The position numbers were made by a program, and so were the translations under genes. Below, in pieces: positions 9,574-20,036 of a DNA stretch of 58,238 nt; within the stretch, counting starts at the first letter, position 1, and each line of letters begins with the position of its first letter. The DNA is taken from NCBI GenBank assembly GCA_938091905.1, contig CALKOM010000128.1:1-58238 (forward strand), given 5' to 3'. The notes under the pieces are model-generated. The model saw only the letters and a list, made by a program, of their open reading frames with translations, had not been told where the DNA came from and searched no databases. The stretch is from an uncultured Verrucomicrobiales bacterium (GTDB lineage Bacteria > Verrucomicrobiota > Verrucomicrobiia > Verrucomicrobiales > DEV007).

Positions 9574-12500
9574 TCAATCTACCTCGACGTCGTCGAGGTA
9601 GAAACCTGCTTCACCACCATCGGCGGTGAGCAGTAACCACTCGAACATCACGCTTTGCTCGCGAGCGTTCTCAGGAATTGTCAGACGAAACTCCGTCCAC
9701 TCGTCGGTCTTGCCCCAGAAGATGTCGCCATGGACGTAAAGTTCGCTGTTCCCCGTCTCATCGAGGATCTTTAACTGAACCCCCTCAGCATCTTCAGTAC
9801 TGTCGTGATAATGCCAGAACGTCAGTCGAGGACGACCGATCCCCGTGAGATCGATTAATGGTGAGCGAAGCGAAGCAGACAGGCCACCAGCGATCACATC
9901 GTCGAGATCCGTGCCGTAGACATTGCTGCCGCCATGAGCTTCCGTCAGGCCATCCACAGCGGGAGTTCCGAGCTCCCAGGGCTCTACAGCAGTCCAACCT
10001 TCCGCACTGCTTTCAAAGTCTTCGCTAAAGCGCGGTGGCGGGGGCAACATGGCCACACGATAGTAGGAGCTTTGATCGGCAGGACGACCCGTCGTCAGTG
10101 TGTACAAATCTGCGGTATTGGTTAGGACGGCATCCGGGATCACTTGCCACTCTCCTGACAGAAGCGTCGTACTCATCTCCAACTTGTGATCCGATTCCGG
10201 GCTCGGCGTCGTGAAGTCAATCACCACGGAATCGCTCACACTCACTGTTTGCACCTCCGGCCCAGCAATGGCGCCGCCTACCAAAGGCAAGCCCTCGCCA
10301 ATCAATGCCCATTCTTCCGTGTCTTCAACGAGTGGGAAAGCACCTTCGGCGACAAAGATCTCCCCGTAGTCGCCACCACCACGCTCAAACCAGAGAAACT
10401 CTAACGGATACACTCCAGGCTGGACATTGCGCGCAATTCCTCGTGTTTGACTGTTCCCCGTGGTACCGGCGAAGTAGAAGGCGTCCGGCACGAGCGGATC
10501 CAATCGCCCTGCGCCATTCACTTCATCGAAGGTCATGCCGTGCACACGCACACCAAAGCCGTCATCCGATTGGACACCTATGGTGTAGTCGCCTGCTCTA
10601 GTGATCAGGATGTTACCTTTGTTGAGCTGGATAAAGTCTTCTGCGGCCCAGTCGTCACTTCCGGTCACATCCTCGGGATACTCGAAGTCATTAGAGAAGA
10701 AACCTCCACTCCCATGATCGATCACCTCGTGCTCGACATCGACCACCTCTCCCGGGAAGCCCGCGTCATCGGCCAATTGCACGAACTCGATTGCCTTCGA
10801 CATACTTCCAATCGTTCCCGCATCCCAGATGTATCGAGTGGAGAAGGCTCCTTCAATACCCCCTGGCCCGACCAATGCTTCACCAAATGGGAAGAGCGGC
10901 GTGGCAATCTTAATGACCCCCGTAGCGCCGATATCCAAGCTATTCTGATCAAGGGCTGTGAGAACCCAAGGATGCTCCGAACCGAACGCCCATGGCATCT
11001 CTGGCTGGTAGCTAATGGTCGTAACGCCATCTGCGGCATCAATCGTTGGCTCAACCTCCGTGCCATCGATGGTGAGGACGAGAGACTCCACATTGAGCTG
11101 ACTCTCATCAGAATCGCCATAGGTAAACGACACGCCCTCACGACTACGATCAACATTGGTGATTCGGGCGGTATTTGTCGTCACCACCTCCAAACTGAGA
11201 TTGTCAAAATGATGCGCTTCCCAAGAACCACCTGTCCGTGCACCTAACACAATTTGCATGTTCTCGCTCGGAAACCAATCGACGGCAAAGTCTTTCAACA
11301 CTTCCTGGCCTTTCCAGTTGATGTTGAGCATCCGATCTTCTGTCAATTCGACTTCGAATCTCTGCCAGGAAAGGTTCTCGATCGGCGGATCCTCCACCCC
11401 AATGGGGCCTGTCTGAAGCGAGGTCACATCGTCAGGTTCCCCGTTTGCCGTAGCCGCAGGAATTTGTTCTACCAAGTCTCCGTCCACTCGAATGCTAAAG
11501 CCCACGATATCGGCCTCAGGTTCCTGTTGGAATTGTCCATTGTCCCAGGTATCGAATCCAATACCCAGACCGGTTTGCGAACCTTCTTCCTGAAGACCGC
11601 CAAGATCAGGGAACTGGTGGCTAATGGCATAGCCTAGACCACGAGGCTCTTCTAGGATAGGATCCTCAGCCCTTACAATATTGATGCTAAAGCCATCCGC
11701 AGGACGGTCTTTGTCGCCACCGATACGGGCATCCACGGAGAACTTAAAAGCCGAAATCGGATTCTCCACTGGTGGAAAGATGATATTCGCCTGGGCACCA
11801 CCCACAGCATCAGTAAGGGAAAGATAACCGCTGTCATCCACACCTCCAGAGGCACGCCACTCCGTAGTGTCTGTGTTAGATATGATATCCAACATTGGAT
11901 CTTCGTTAAAATCGAAGACCTGCCCAGACTGACTGAGGTCGTCGTTGTTCAAACCCGCCTGATACACGTCAACCACCTCGGTCGCATCGAGGGCTCGATC
12001 AAAGATGGCAACCTCGTCGAACAAGCCCGAGAAGATCTCATTGCCGTTCTGCCCACCGATGTAAAGTGGTTGAGGATTGACCGGTCCCTCAGTAACTTCA
12101 CCTGAGAGAACCTCTTCACCATTGCGGTAATAGGTTAGGGTCAAACCCTTCTTCACTACCAGATTGTGCGACCACTCGTCGACAACGAACATGGTTTCCC
12201 CACCACTCACATCTTGCCCGCCACCATCGAAATGCCACTCGAACTTGCGAGGCGTGAACTTGATGAACTCGCGCGGAGCAAAGTCAGCCCCGTCAGGTCC
12301 CCAGCGATTGCCAAAGACGATATTGTTGTTGTCCGTCTCATTGGGAAAGACCCAGAACGACCACGTGAAATCAGTCGCTTCGTTTAGTTCCGGCAATCGA
12401 AATTCACCCATATCAACATAGGAGCCGTTGCCCGACTGGTAAACCGAGCCTCGTTCAGGATCGGATACCCACGCACCCACAGGCTCGATGATCTCGCCAT

Positions 12501-12702
12501 GGTTATCATTGCCGCTGCTATCGTTCGCCACTTCGCCATTCGCTTCATCAAAGCGCCAATAGCCAAGCAAGCCATCAATGGCATGCGCTGGCGTCAGCCC
12601 AATTACGATCAATGAGAGAGCTATCAGGATGCGAAGGCTCGTAGCAAACTTCGCCAGCCCTCCCTTCGTTTGATACAATCGGAGTGTTTTGGAGTTATTC
12701 AT
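9574..12702 (-). CDS. Large secreted multidomain protein: LamG/ConA + lectin-like + PA14-like + tail module + terminal jelly-roll-like domain
   Basis: Signal peptide (..LTPAHA), GYWRFDE...FSGLFDEVAIFDRAL (LamG), ADGFSINI/GIGFDTWDN (lectin-like), GVQSDDGF...WFERGGG (PA14-like), LEMSTTL..GEW...SYYRV and terminal FSEDFE...GFYLDDVEVD. Confidence 0.75.
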   Translation of the reverse strand: MNNSKTLRLYQTKGGLAKFATSLRILIALSLIVIGLTPAHAIDGLLGYWRFDEANGEVANDSSGNDNHGEIIEPVGAWVSDPERGSVYQSGNGSYVDMGEFRLPELNEATDFTWSFWVFPNETDNNNIVFGNRWGPDGADFAPREFIKFTPRKFEWHFDGGGQDVSGGETMFVVDEWSHNLVVKKGLTLTYYRNGEEVLSGEVTEGPVNPQPLYIGGQNGNEIFSGLFDEVAIFDRALDATEVVDVYQAGLNNDDLSQSGQVFDFNEDPMLDIISNTDTTEWRASGGVDDSGYLSLTDAVGGAQANIIFPPVENPISAFKFSVDARIGGDKDRPADGFSINIVRAEDPILEEPRGLGYAISHQFPDLGGLQEEGSQTGLGIGFDTWDNGQFQQEPEADIVGFSIRVDGDLVEQIPAATANGEPDDVTSLQTGPIGVEDPPIENLSWQRFEVELTEDRMLNINWKGQEVLKDFAVDWFPSENMQIVLGARTGGSWEAHHFDNLSLEVVTTNTARITNVDRSREGVSFTYGDSDESQLNVESLVLTIDGTEVEPTIDAADGVTTISYQPEMPWAFGSEHPWVLTALDQNSLDIGATGVIKIATPLFPFGEALVGPGGIEGAFSTRYIWDAGTIGSMSKAIEFVQLADDAGFPGEVVDVEHEVIDHGSGGFFSNDFEYPEDVTGSDDWAAEDFIQLNKGNILITRAGDYTIGVQSDDGFGVRVHGMTFDEVNGAGRLDPLVPDAFYFAGTTGNSQTRGIARNVQPGVYPLEFLWFERGGGDYGEIFVAEGAFPLVEDTEEWALIGEGLPLVGGAIAGPEVQTVSVSDSVVIDFTTPSPESDHKLEMSTTLLSGEWQVIPDAVLTNTADLYTLTTGRPADQSSYYRVAMLPPPPRFSEDFESSAEGWTAVEPWELGTPAVDGLTEAHGGSNVYGTDLDDVIAGGLSASLRSPLIDLTGIGRPRLTFWHYHDSTEDAEGVQLKILDETGNSELYVHGDIFWGKTDEWTEFRLTIPENAREQSVMFEWLLLTADGGEAGFYLDDVEVD

Positions 12703-12837
12703 ATCTTTAGGGTTTAGTTATTACTGCAGAGCGACGTAGCCGCTCACGAACACCGAGGAGACTAATCAACAAGAAGTCTTCCTTAACAGGCAATTCTCAA
12801 GAAACTCTGCCTATGTTAACGCTCAAAGCGTTTTGAC

Positions 12838-12873
12838 CATCAACATCAACATCAACATCAACATCAACATCAA
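12838..12873. repeat. Simple sequence repeat (CATCAA)6
   Basis: Six perfect hexamer copies read directly in the divergent intergenic region 12703-13069. Confidence 0.95.
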
Positions 12874-13069
12874 CAGCCAGCTGCTATATAGTTCTCCCGG
12901 ACAGCCAACTCCTGCATGTTTCTCCCACAACGTGAGATCGCGCCCCATCTCGTAATGCGAAGACAATGCCATCAGCTATTGGGAGAACAAACGCACGTAT
13001 CCAGTGAAACTAGAGCAAGCTCGCTTCCTCCCCGCACTGCCACTATAGAAAGACCCGCTTCATCGATCT

Positions 13070-14323
13070 ATGACCGGCATCTACCTCAGCATTCTGCAGG
13101 CCCTAGCCATTTCGCTACTACTCTCTTCTTGCGCCAGTCGGCAGCTAACTACTAGCACTGGCACACAAACAGCGATTTCCAGCACTCGATTTCCAGCAGC
13201 CTTTGCACAGGCTGCCCAAGCCGAATGGGTTGCTCGCAATGAAATCACCACGCTGATCAATGGAGACGCCTACTACCCACCCATGTTGAAGGCCATCGAG
13301 GGCGCACGTAACTCGATCACGTTTGAAACATTTGCCTATGTCGATGGCCCGATCACCCGGACGTTCACTCGGGCATTGGCAAAGAAAGCCAGACAAGGAA
13401 TCCCCGTGTTGATGATTGTGGACGACGTTGGCTCACGTCACGTCGGCGAACACAATGAAGCCCTGCTTCGCGACGCTGGAGTTCACTATCATACCTACCA
13501 TCCATTCAATCCGCTTCGCCTGTTTCGATACAACAACCGGACCCACCGCAAGATTCTTGTCGTCGATGGTAAAGAGGCATTCACAGGCGGAGCAGGCTTT
13601 GCCTTGGCTTGGGAGGGAAATGCCCACTCTCCAGAACACTGGCGAGATACCCAGTACGGACTCACCGGACCCGCCGTCGCTCAACTTCAGCACGCCTTTG
13701 CCGAGAACTGGAAGGAACTCACTGGGCAGGTGCTTGCAGGCCCAACCTACTTCCCAGCACTCACTGCAACCGGTCCGTATCTTGCCCAGTTTGTCTACGA
13801 TTCGCCCCAGACGCCCTCCAATCCTATCGCGCATACCTTCCTACACGGCATCAACTCAGCGAGAGAGTCACTAGTTCTCGAGCAGTCCTACTTTGTGCCT
13901 AACAAGACATTTAGAGAAGCGATCATCGCCGCAGCCCAACGCGGGGTAACGGTCGAGATGTTGGTGCCAAGCGACAAGATCGACTCGCCGTTCTGCCGCT
14001 ATGCCTCTCAGAATTCGTGGAAAGCATTACTCGAAGCTGGCGTCCGGCTCTACCAATACACACCCACCATGATGCATGGAAAACTCATGATCGCAGACGG
14101 CCAGCTAAGCATCATTGGTTCAGGAAACATGGACGACCGCTCGTTCTACATCAACGACGAGGTGAACCTCCACGTCCTCTCGTCGTCCTTTGCCAAGGAA
14201 CAGCTCGCCATGTACCAACGAGATTTAAAGCAGGCCGAGGAAATCACCCTCACCAATCTCTCGGATATTCTCGCCCCTCTGCCCCATCGACTACTTGCCC
14301 GGCTGGTAGCTCCGCAATTATGA
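13070..14323 (+). CDS. Cardiolipin synthase / phospholipase D family (ClsB-like), possible lipoprotein
   Basis: Two HKD motifs (RTHRKILVVDG, MHGKLMIADG), GSGNMDDRS and WRDTQY; N-terminal LLSSC lipobox-like sequence. Confidence 0.88.
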   Translation: MTGIYLSILQALAISLLLSSCASRQLTTSTGTQTAISSTRFPAAFAQAAQAEWVARNEITTLINGDAYYPPMLKAIEGARNSITFETFAYVDGPITRTFTRALAKKARQGIPVLMIVDDVGSRHVGEHNEALLRDAGVHYHTYHPFNPLRLFRYNNRTHRKILVVDGKEAFTGGAGFALAWEGNAHSPEHWRDTQYGLTGPAVAQLQHAFAENWKELTGQVLAGPTYFPALTATGPYLAQFVYDSPQTPSNPIAHTFLHGINSARESLVLEQSYFVPNKTFREAIIAAAQRGVTVEMLVPSDKIDSPFCRYASQNSWKALLEAGVRLYQYTPTMMHGKLMIADGQLSIIGSGNMDDRSFYINDEVNLHVLSSSFAKEQLAMYQRDLKQAEEITLTNLSDILAPLPHRLLARLVAPQL

Positions 14324-14438
14324 CTATTGAACCTCTAAGCCAGCGACTCTTCATTCCCGGCGGCCCAAGTGTTTGAGTTTCCCCCACTTGCAACGAAATG
14401 GATGGTCAAAGAACACAGGATTAGACAAGATCCTGGAA

Positions 14439-15821
14439 ATGAACAAACTAGCTTTACTCACACTCCTCGCCGGAATGAGCTTGGCGTGGGGACAAATCGA
14501 TGACTTCGACGACGGGAATAGCGATGGCTGGACCCGCTCGGACGTCCTCGCTCAAGTCGGAGGGATGCCCTCCAAGATCACTTTTCCTGACGGCAATCGT
14601 ATTCGCCTCGAGTCTTTCCCTTCACCTGACCCAGAAGCGTTGGGCCCTTCTCGAGTGGGTCTGTTTCTGGAAGATGTCATGTATACCGATGTCACGGTCG
14701 TGATGGACATGGTCGCTTGGGACCCAAACCTAGAACAGGACTTTGGAATTATTGCTAGAGGTCAGAATATCGGTTTGGGAACGACGAGTGGCTACGTCCT
14801 GACTTTAGATGTGGACGAGGCGGCGATCTACCTCAGTCGCTTGGACAACGAAGCCGCGGCGACGCTAGCCAAGGTTGAGTTGATCATGGACATAGGGAAA
14901 ACCTATCGGTTCCGTTTGTCGGCTATTGGAAACAAGATCTCGGCTGGAGTCTCAGAAGCCGATGCCCCTGGAGAAGAACTAGTCATCCTCGAAGCAGAAG
15001 AAGAGGACGGGTATACGGAAGGCGTGAATGGTTTCTTCACCAACTCCGGCGTCGCTGATGGCTCCACCGACGCGACGTTCGATCGATTCATCGCCTTTGA
15101 TCCCAGCGGACCGGCCGCACGACCACAGATTGCCGCTTACACACGCTTCGAGAACTCCGTGATGATTGACTATGGGGTGCCCATTCAATCCGGAGGTGCC
15201 TATGTGTTAGAATCTTCGACCGATCTTCAGGAATGGTCGATCTTGGAACACGGCAGCGTTCCCCTAGGTTTGACCCAGGGTTCCTTCACCGCTTCCGACG
15301 AAACGGTTCAAACACGTTTCTATAGGGTAAGCGAGGCCCCGCCGCTCTTCACTGAGGATTTCGAGAAAGGCGCTGAAGGCTGGACGACCACGATAACTAC
15401 TGGCGAAACCGCGTGGGAACTCGGAACGCCCGGGGCTCCCGATCTCATGGAAGCGCATAGCGGCACCCAGGCCTATGGTACTCTACTTGATCAGCCATTT
15501 ACCGACTCAGCAATCACCGTCTTGTGGAGCCCTGTCATTGACCTCGCAGGAAAGCGGCGCCCAACAATCTCCTTCTGGCACTACATTGATGTCACTGAAG
15601 GCGAGGAAGGGGTCCAGCTGAATTATCTGAATGAAGCAGGAGACGCGATCGGTTCAGCCGATGACATCTTCTGGGTGAGAACCGATGGCTGGACTCGCTA
15701 CGAAGCCGATCTTCCCGAAGAGACACTAGACCAGAAAATCACGATCGAATGGATCTTTCGCTCAGATGGCAATTCTCCGAATGGAGCTGGTTTCTTCCTC
15801 GATGACGTTGTCGTAGACTAA
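14439..15821 (+). CDS. Secreted protein: beta-sandwich/ConA-like N-domain + tail module + terminal domain paralogous to that of the 9574-12702 protein
   Basis: Signal MNKLALLTLLAGMSLAWG, DDFDDG...DATFDRF, LESSTDLQEW...TRFYRV and terminal FTEDFE...GFFLDDVVVD. Confidence 0.75.
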   Translation: MNKLALLTLLAGMSLAWGQIDDFDDGNSDGWTRSDVLAQVGGMPSKITFPDGNRIRLESFPSPDPEALGPSRVGLFLEDVMYTDVTVVMDMVAWDPNLEQDFGIIARGQNIGLGTTSGYVLTLDVDEAAIYLSRLDNEAAATLAKVELIMDIGKTYRFRLSAIGNKISAGVSEADAPGEELVILEAEEEDGYTEGVNGFFTNSGVADGSTDATFDRFIAFDPSGPAARPQIAAYTRFENSVMIDYGVPIQSGGAYVLESSTDLQEWSILEHGSVPLGLTQGSFTASDETVQTRFYRVSEAPPLFTEDFEKGAEGWTTTITTGETAWELGTPGAPDLMEAHSGTQAYGTLLDQPFTDSAITVLWSPVIDLAGKRRPTISFWHYIDVTEGEEGVQLNYLNEAGDAIGSADDIFWVRTDGWTRYEADLPEETLDQKITIEWIFRSDGNSPNGAGFFLDDVVVD

Positions 15822-15834
15822 CAACACGTCGTCT

Positions 15835-16743
15835 GTGCCAAGCTCATTCACGTATCGAGACCGCACCGCGATCGTCTCGGGTGGCGCCGGCGACATCGGT
15901 AGCACCATTGTTAGAAAACTACATACCGAGGGCATGCAGGTCGTCATCGCTGATCTCGATCCGGTTCGAATCAAGATACTCACAGAGGAGTTAGGCGACC
16001 GAGTACTCGGAGTCGCCGGTGACCTAACCCTAGAAAGTGAGGCCAAGCGATTGTTAGAGAAGACTCAGCAAACATTCGGAGGCTGTGACGTCTTGATCAA
16101 CAACATGGCCATGACAAGCACCGATCGCTTTCACGAGCGCTCGGTCGATAGCATCAAGCGCGAAATCGACGTCGTGATGCTAGGGCCAATGATACTCACC
16201 CGCTTGGCCGTGCCCTACTTGCAGAAATCCCAAGATCCGAGAGTGATCACCATGAGTTCTCTTGGAGGCATCACCCCATTGCGCGAGACACCGATCTACA
16301 CGACCGCGAAATTTGGACTCCGCGGCGCCATGCTTTCATTTGCCCTAGATGAACCCTTGCATGGGATCAAAGTGAGCTGCGTGCTTCCGACAGCGACCGA
16401 TACCTTCATGCTCAGGCAAGAAGCCCTCGAAGGCGGCTCCGTTCTCAATTTCATCGATGATCCTCAGCCAATATCAGCCGTCCTAGACCAAGTTATCAGA
16501 CAACTAGAAACCCCCAAACTGGAGCGCTATCCCAAGACGAGCGACTCCCTGCTCGCTCGCTTTGCAATGTTGTTTCCCAACATACTGCCCAGGTTCCTAC
16601 CTCTCTTTGAAAAGAAAGGGCGCCGTGGTCTGAAGCGTTATCTTGCCGATCTTCACAAGCGCGGTTTGATCGAAGAAGTCGACGGCAAACTTCGCCAGAA
16701 AGCCCGCCAACATTTACGAAATACCACCGCAAAGAAGTCCTAG
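15835..16743 (+). CDS. Short-chain dehydrogenase/reductase (SDR)
   Basis: SGGAGDIG Rossmann motif, LINN, MSS and catalytic YTTAK. Confidence 0.9.
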   Translation: MPSSFTYRDRTAIVSGGAGDIGSTIVRKLHTEGMQVVIADLDPVRIKILTEELGDRVLGVAGDLTLESEAKRLLEKTQQTFGGCDVLINNMAMTSTDRFHERSVDSIKREIDVVMLGPMILTRLAVPYLQKSQDPRVITMSSLGGITPLRETPIYTTAKFGLRGAMLSFALDEPLHGIKVSCVLPTATDTFMLRQEALEGGSVLNFIDDPQPISAVLDQVIRQLETPKLERYPKTSDSLLARFAMLFPNILPRFLPLFEKKGRRGLKRYLADLHKRGLIEEVDGKLRQKARQHLRNTTAKKS

Positions 16744-16746
16744 TTG

Positions 16747-18096
16747 ATGTCCACTACTCAGCCTAATAATCGTGTTTGTATCGTCGGAGGCGGCCCTGCG
16801 GGTTTGGCTACGGCGCGCGCGCTGCTCCTGGCCGGAATCGAGTTCCATATCTTTGAGAAACACTCGGCCGTCGGAGGCATCTGGGATCCCACCAATCCGG
16901 GGTCTCCCATGTACGAAAGCGCTCACTTCATCTCATCCAAGACAATGTCTGGGTACTATGACTACCCGATGCCAGATGACTATCCGGACTACCCATCGAA
17001 CAAGGAAATCCTGGCCTACATCAGGGGCTTCTGCGAAGCCTATGACCTCAGAAAACACCTCCAGTTTGACACCCAGATCGATGAGGCACTCTATGAGAAA
17101 GACCGAGGGTGGACGCTAAAAACAAATCACGGCACCCGCGAGGGCTACCGATGGCTCGTCGCGGCCAACGGCGTCACCTGGTATCCAAAGAGCCCTAAGT
17201 TCGATGGGGAAGAAACCTTCACCGGTAAGATCATGCATTCGGTGAATTATCAGAACCGAGATCAGATCGCCGGGAAACGGGTTCTCATCGTGGGGGCGGG
17301 AAATTCAGGTGTCGATATCGCCTGCGACGCCGCAAGTTCAGCCGAACAAGCCACCATCAGTCTCCGTCGAGGTTATCACATTCTACCAAAGCACCTCTTC
17401 GGCATGCCCGTTGATGTCTTTGGAGCGCAATCAGAGTGGATGCCCCTACGGATCCAGCAATTCACGACGGCAATCATGCTCCGCATCTTGTTAGGCGATA
17501 TTCGAAAACTCGGCTTGGGCAAGCCAGACCACCGCATCCTCGAGAGCCATCCGATCATCAACTCACAACTCCTACACTATCTTCAACACGGCGATCTCAA
17601 AGCCAAGCCGGACATTGAGAAAATCGAAGGCGAGGAGGTCGTGTTCAAAGACGGAACCCGTGCAGGATTCGACATCATCATTTTAGCCACCGGCTACGAC
17701 CGCCGTATCCCTTACCTCCAAGACGGAGCTATCACCTACGACAAAGTACAGCCCAAAGGCTTTCTCCAAGTCTTCCAACCAGACCATCCAGAGCTCTTCA
17801 TCAACGGATTCATCGAAACCAACGGCGGCGCCTACAAGTTCTTCGATCAAATGGCCCAGATGATCGCTCAGGGCATCTGCACCCAGATCAAGGGCGGCTC
17901 CAAATGGAAGAAGCTGCAATCAATCGTCCAAGGAAAGGAACCAAACCTTACCGGTGGCGTACGTTATGTGGATTCGGATCGCCACCGCGGCTACACCAAC
18001 GCCAAAGCCTATAACAAAGCCGCCAAGAAATTCCGCAAGACCATGGGCTGGCCCGAACTCGACCCTGGGATGTTTGATTCGTTGAGATCACGTTAG
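16747..18096 (+). CDS. Flavin-containing monooxygenase (class B, FMO type)
   Basis: GGGPAGL (FAD), FTGKIMHSVNY (FxGxxxHxxxY FMO motif), GAGNSG (NADPH) and ATGY; starts 3 nt after the SDR stop. Confidence 0.92.
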   Translation: MSTTQPNNRVCIVGGGPAGLATARALLLAGIEFHIFEKHSAVGGIWDPTNPGSPMYESAHFISSKTMSGYYDYPMPDDYPDYPSNKEILAYIRGFCEAYDLRKHLQFDTQIDEALYEKDRGWTLKTNHGTREGYRWLVAANGVTWYPKSPKFDGEETFTGKIMHSVNYQNRDQIAGKRVLIVGAGNSGVDIACDAASSAEQATISLRRGYHILPKHLFGMPVDVFGAQSEWMPLRIQQFTTAIMLRILLGDIRKLGLGKPDHRILESHPIINSQLLHYLQHGDLKAKPDIEKIEGEEVVFKDGTRAGFDIIILATGYDRRIPYLQDGAITYDKVQPKGFLQVFQPDHPELFINGFIETNGGAYKFFDQMAQMIAQGICTQIKGGSKWKKLQSIVQGKEPNLTGGVRYVDSDRHRGYTNAKAYNKAAKKFRKTMGWPELDPGMFDSLRSR

Positions 18097-18171
18097 TCCT
18101 CAAGGGGCAGCGTATTTTCAGGCGCCGGACAAGCGAGAAATTACGCATCTCTATAGCTAGAATCAAACGGA

Positions 18172-18188
18172 CTCACCCTCAGGGTGAG
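18172..18188. repeat. Perfect 8-1-8 palindrome CTCACCCT-C-AGGGTGAG
   Basis: Read directly, ~75 bp downstream of the FMO stop; function unknown. Confidence 0.5.
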
Positions 18189-18549
18189 CTTCTAACAGAT
18201 CCTGGGTCTTATTCATTTCCTTCAGTATCCCTGGATTGCGCTTTCTGACAACACTACACAATCACATTGCTGGGGATAGGTGAACTCTTCCACCCTATCG
18301 GATATAAGATCATCAAAGCGCACCCGACACTCACCAACCATTCCAGCTAGTGGCTAGTCTTATCCAAAGGCACGTCTAACAAATCAACAACCTTCCGCAT
18401 CTCGGGAACAATCAGCGACGTGGCCATCCCAGCAACTGAGCCTCGCTAGAGCTGGCATCCTGCCAACGTCTCCGGCTGAAGGCCAGAGTTACATTTGCAG
18501 ACTGCGCAAGCAGAGCGCGGCAAGGAAGATACACGGCACCACTCCACAA

Positions 18550-19919
18550 AGCTTACACAAACGCGAGCGAACGCGCTGGTAGCGAAGGTCCTCCAACGCG
18601 CGGTGGTCGATTGAAAAGCAACGTTCGTCGCACCAATAGCAGTTGATTCTGCATCAGAGAGTTAGTCACTTTTCCAGGCTGGTGTCCGTTGGATGAGGTC
18701 GTTGGAGGTTTCAACCCTATAGCGACGACGGTTGTCTTCGATACGACGCGAGAAAGTCACTTCCATGAAGTTGGACGTTTCGATTCGCACGGCCGTTGGA
18801 ACCTCGCGATTCAGTCCGTAGAAGCGGAGCAGTTCAGCATCGTCAAGAGCGGCATCGGCTTCACTCAGGTTAGCTTCCCAGGAGTCTGGGAACAGGTTGT
18901 CATCGACGTCGACCCGAGTTTCAGGACTGAGCCCTTGCATCCAGACGATACGATCTTCGGCGCAAATGAGGAGGTCGTTCAAGCTATCGCTATTCACCTC
19001 CCCAACCGAGATACAAACGAGATCTGAAGTGATGTCAGGAACAACAGTAGGATTCTTGCTATAGGGATCGCCATCTGTGCTGCGGCGAATGCCGACGGTC
19101 GATGGCGGTTGAATGCCGACCAGGTCACGATCTTGGTCGTTGTCGACGTCTGCGATGATCGGCTCTTCAATGAATGGCATTTGGGCGACGCCGGTAAGTT
19201 CTGAATTTCTGGCTCTTTCAAAGACGCCAAGTCCTTGTGGTGATGGGTAGAAGGGGTATGGCAAGCCAAAGCCATCTTTGGTGGAAGCCGTTTCCAGAAA
19301 GCCCGTAGCTTGAGGAACGGCGGCAGACCGTTCGACAAAAGCAGCGCCGGTAAAGGCCTAGGTCAAGACATTGCCGAGATCACTTCCAGCGAACACAGGA
19401 TTGATGCCATCGTAGTGCAAAGTGGTCAGACTGGCCACGCGGTCAGCTGCTGTGGAGATTCGCAGTATAGCAGAGAAACGTAAGCCGTTTACTCCAATGG
19501 GCTCAAAGGGGGTAAATTGCCCACGACCACTATTCAAAGCGACAGATCCATCGCCCAGCTCAAAGGCATCCACGTCGCCATCACCTTCGAAATCGGCAAA
19601 GACGATTTCATTCATTTGGACAGACTCGCTGGTCGGCTTGCCAATCACTAGGCGATCTGCAAACTGACCAGCGCCGTCACTCAATTGGGCAAAGAGGGCA
19701 CTGCGCGTGCGGTCATTGACCATGATCTGAGCGTAGACCAGGTCGTCTACACCATCTCCATTCAGATCCACAAGCTGCGGTTTTCCTTGGCGTTCCAAGA
19801 GATTGGCCAATAACAGCCTAAATACCTCCCCAGACGGCTTGGACTTTCTGGATCACGCTCGTGTTCAAACTAAACCCAAGCAGGATAAGGACGACGAAAG
19901 AGGGTGGTCTAAAGGACAT
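18550..19919 (-). pseudogene. Fragmented FG-GAP/VCBS-repeat exoprotein
   Basis: Signal-like MSFRPPSFVVLILLGFSL at 19919, then fragments with DLNGDGVDDL, DFEGDGDVD, DVDNDQDRDL and EVNSDSLNDL. The tail YRVETSNDL...(stop)...LRYQRVR continues past the stop at 18662. Several stops and frameshifts; the 3' end is approximate. Confidence 0.75.
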
Positions 19920-20036
19920 TGTGAGAGATCCTACAAGGCGTCCGCCAAGGATTAACCGGTAGTCTCCTACAGAACGCTACAGAGGATCGGTTTGATTCTG
20001 ACGCTGACGAGGCAAAGCTGAACCTCTACCTTAATC

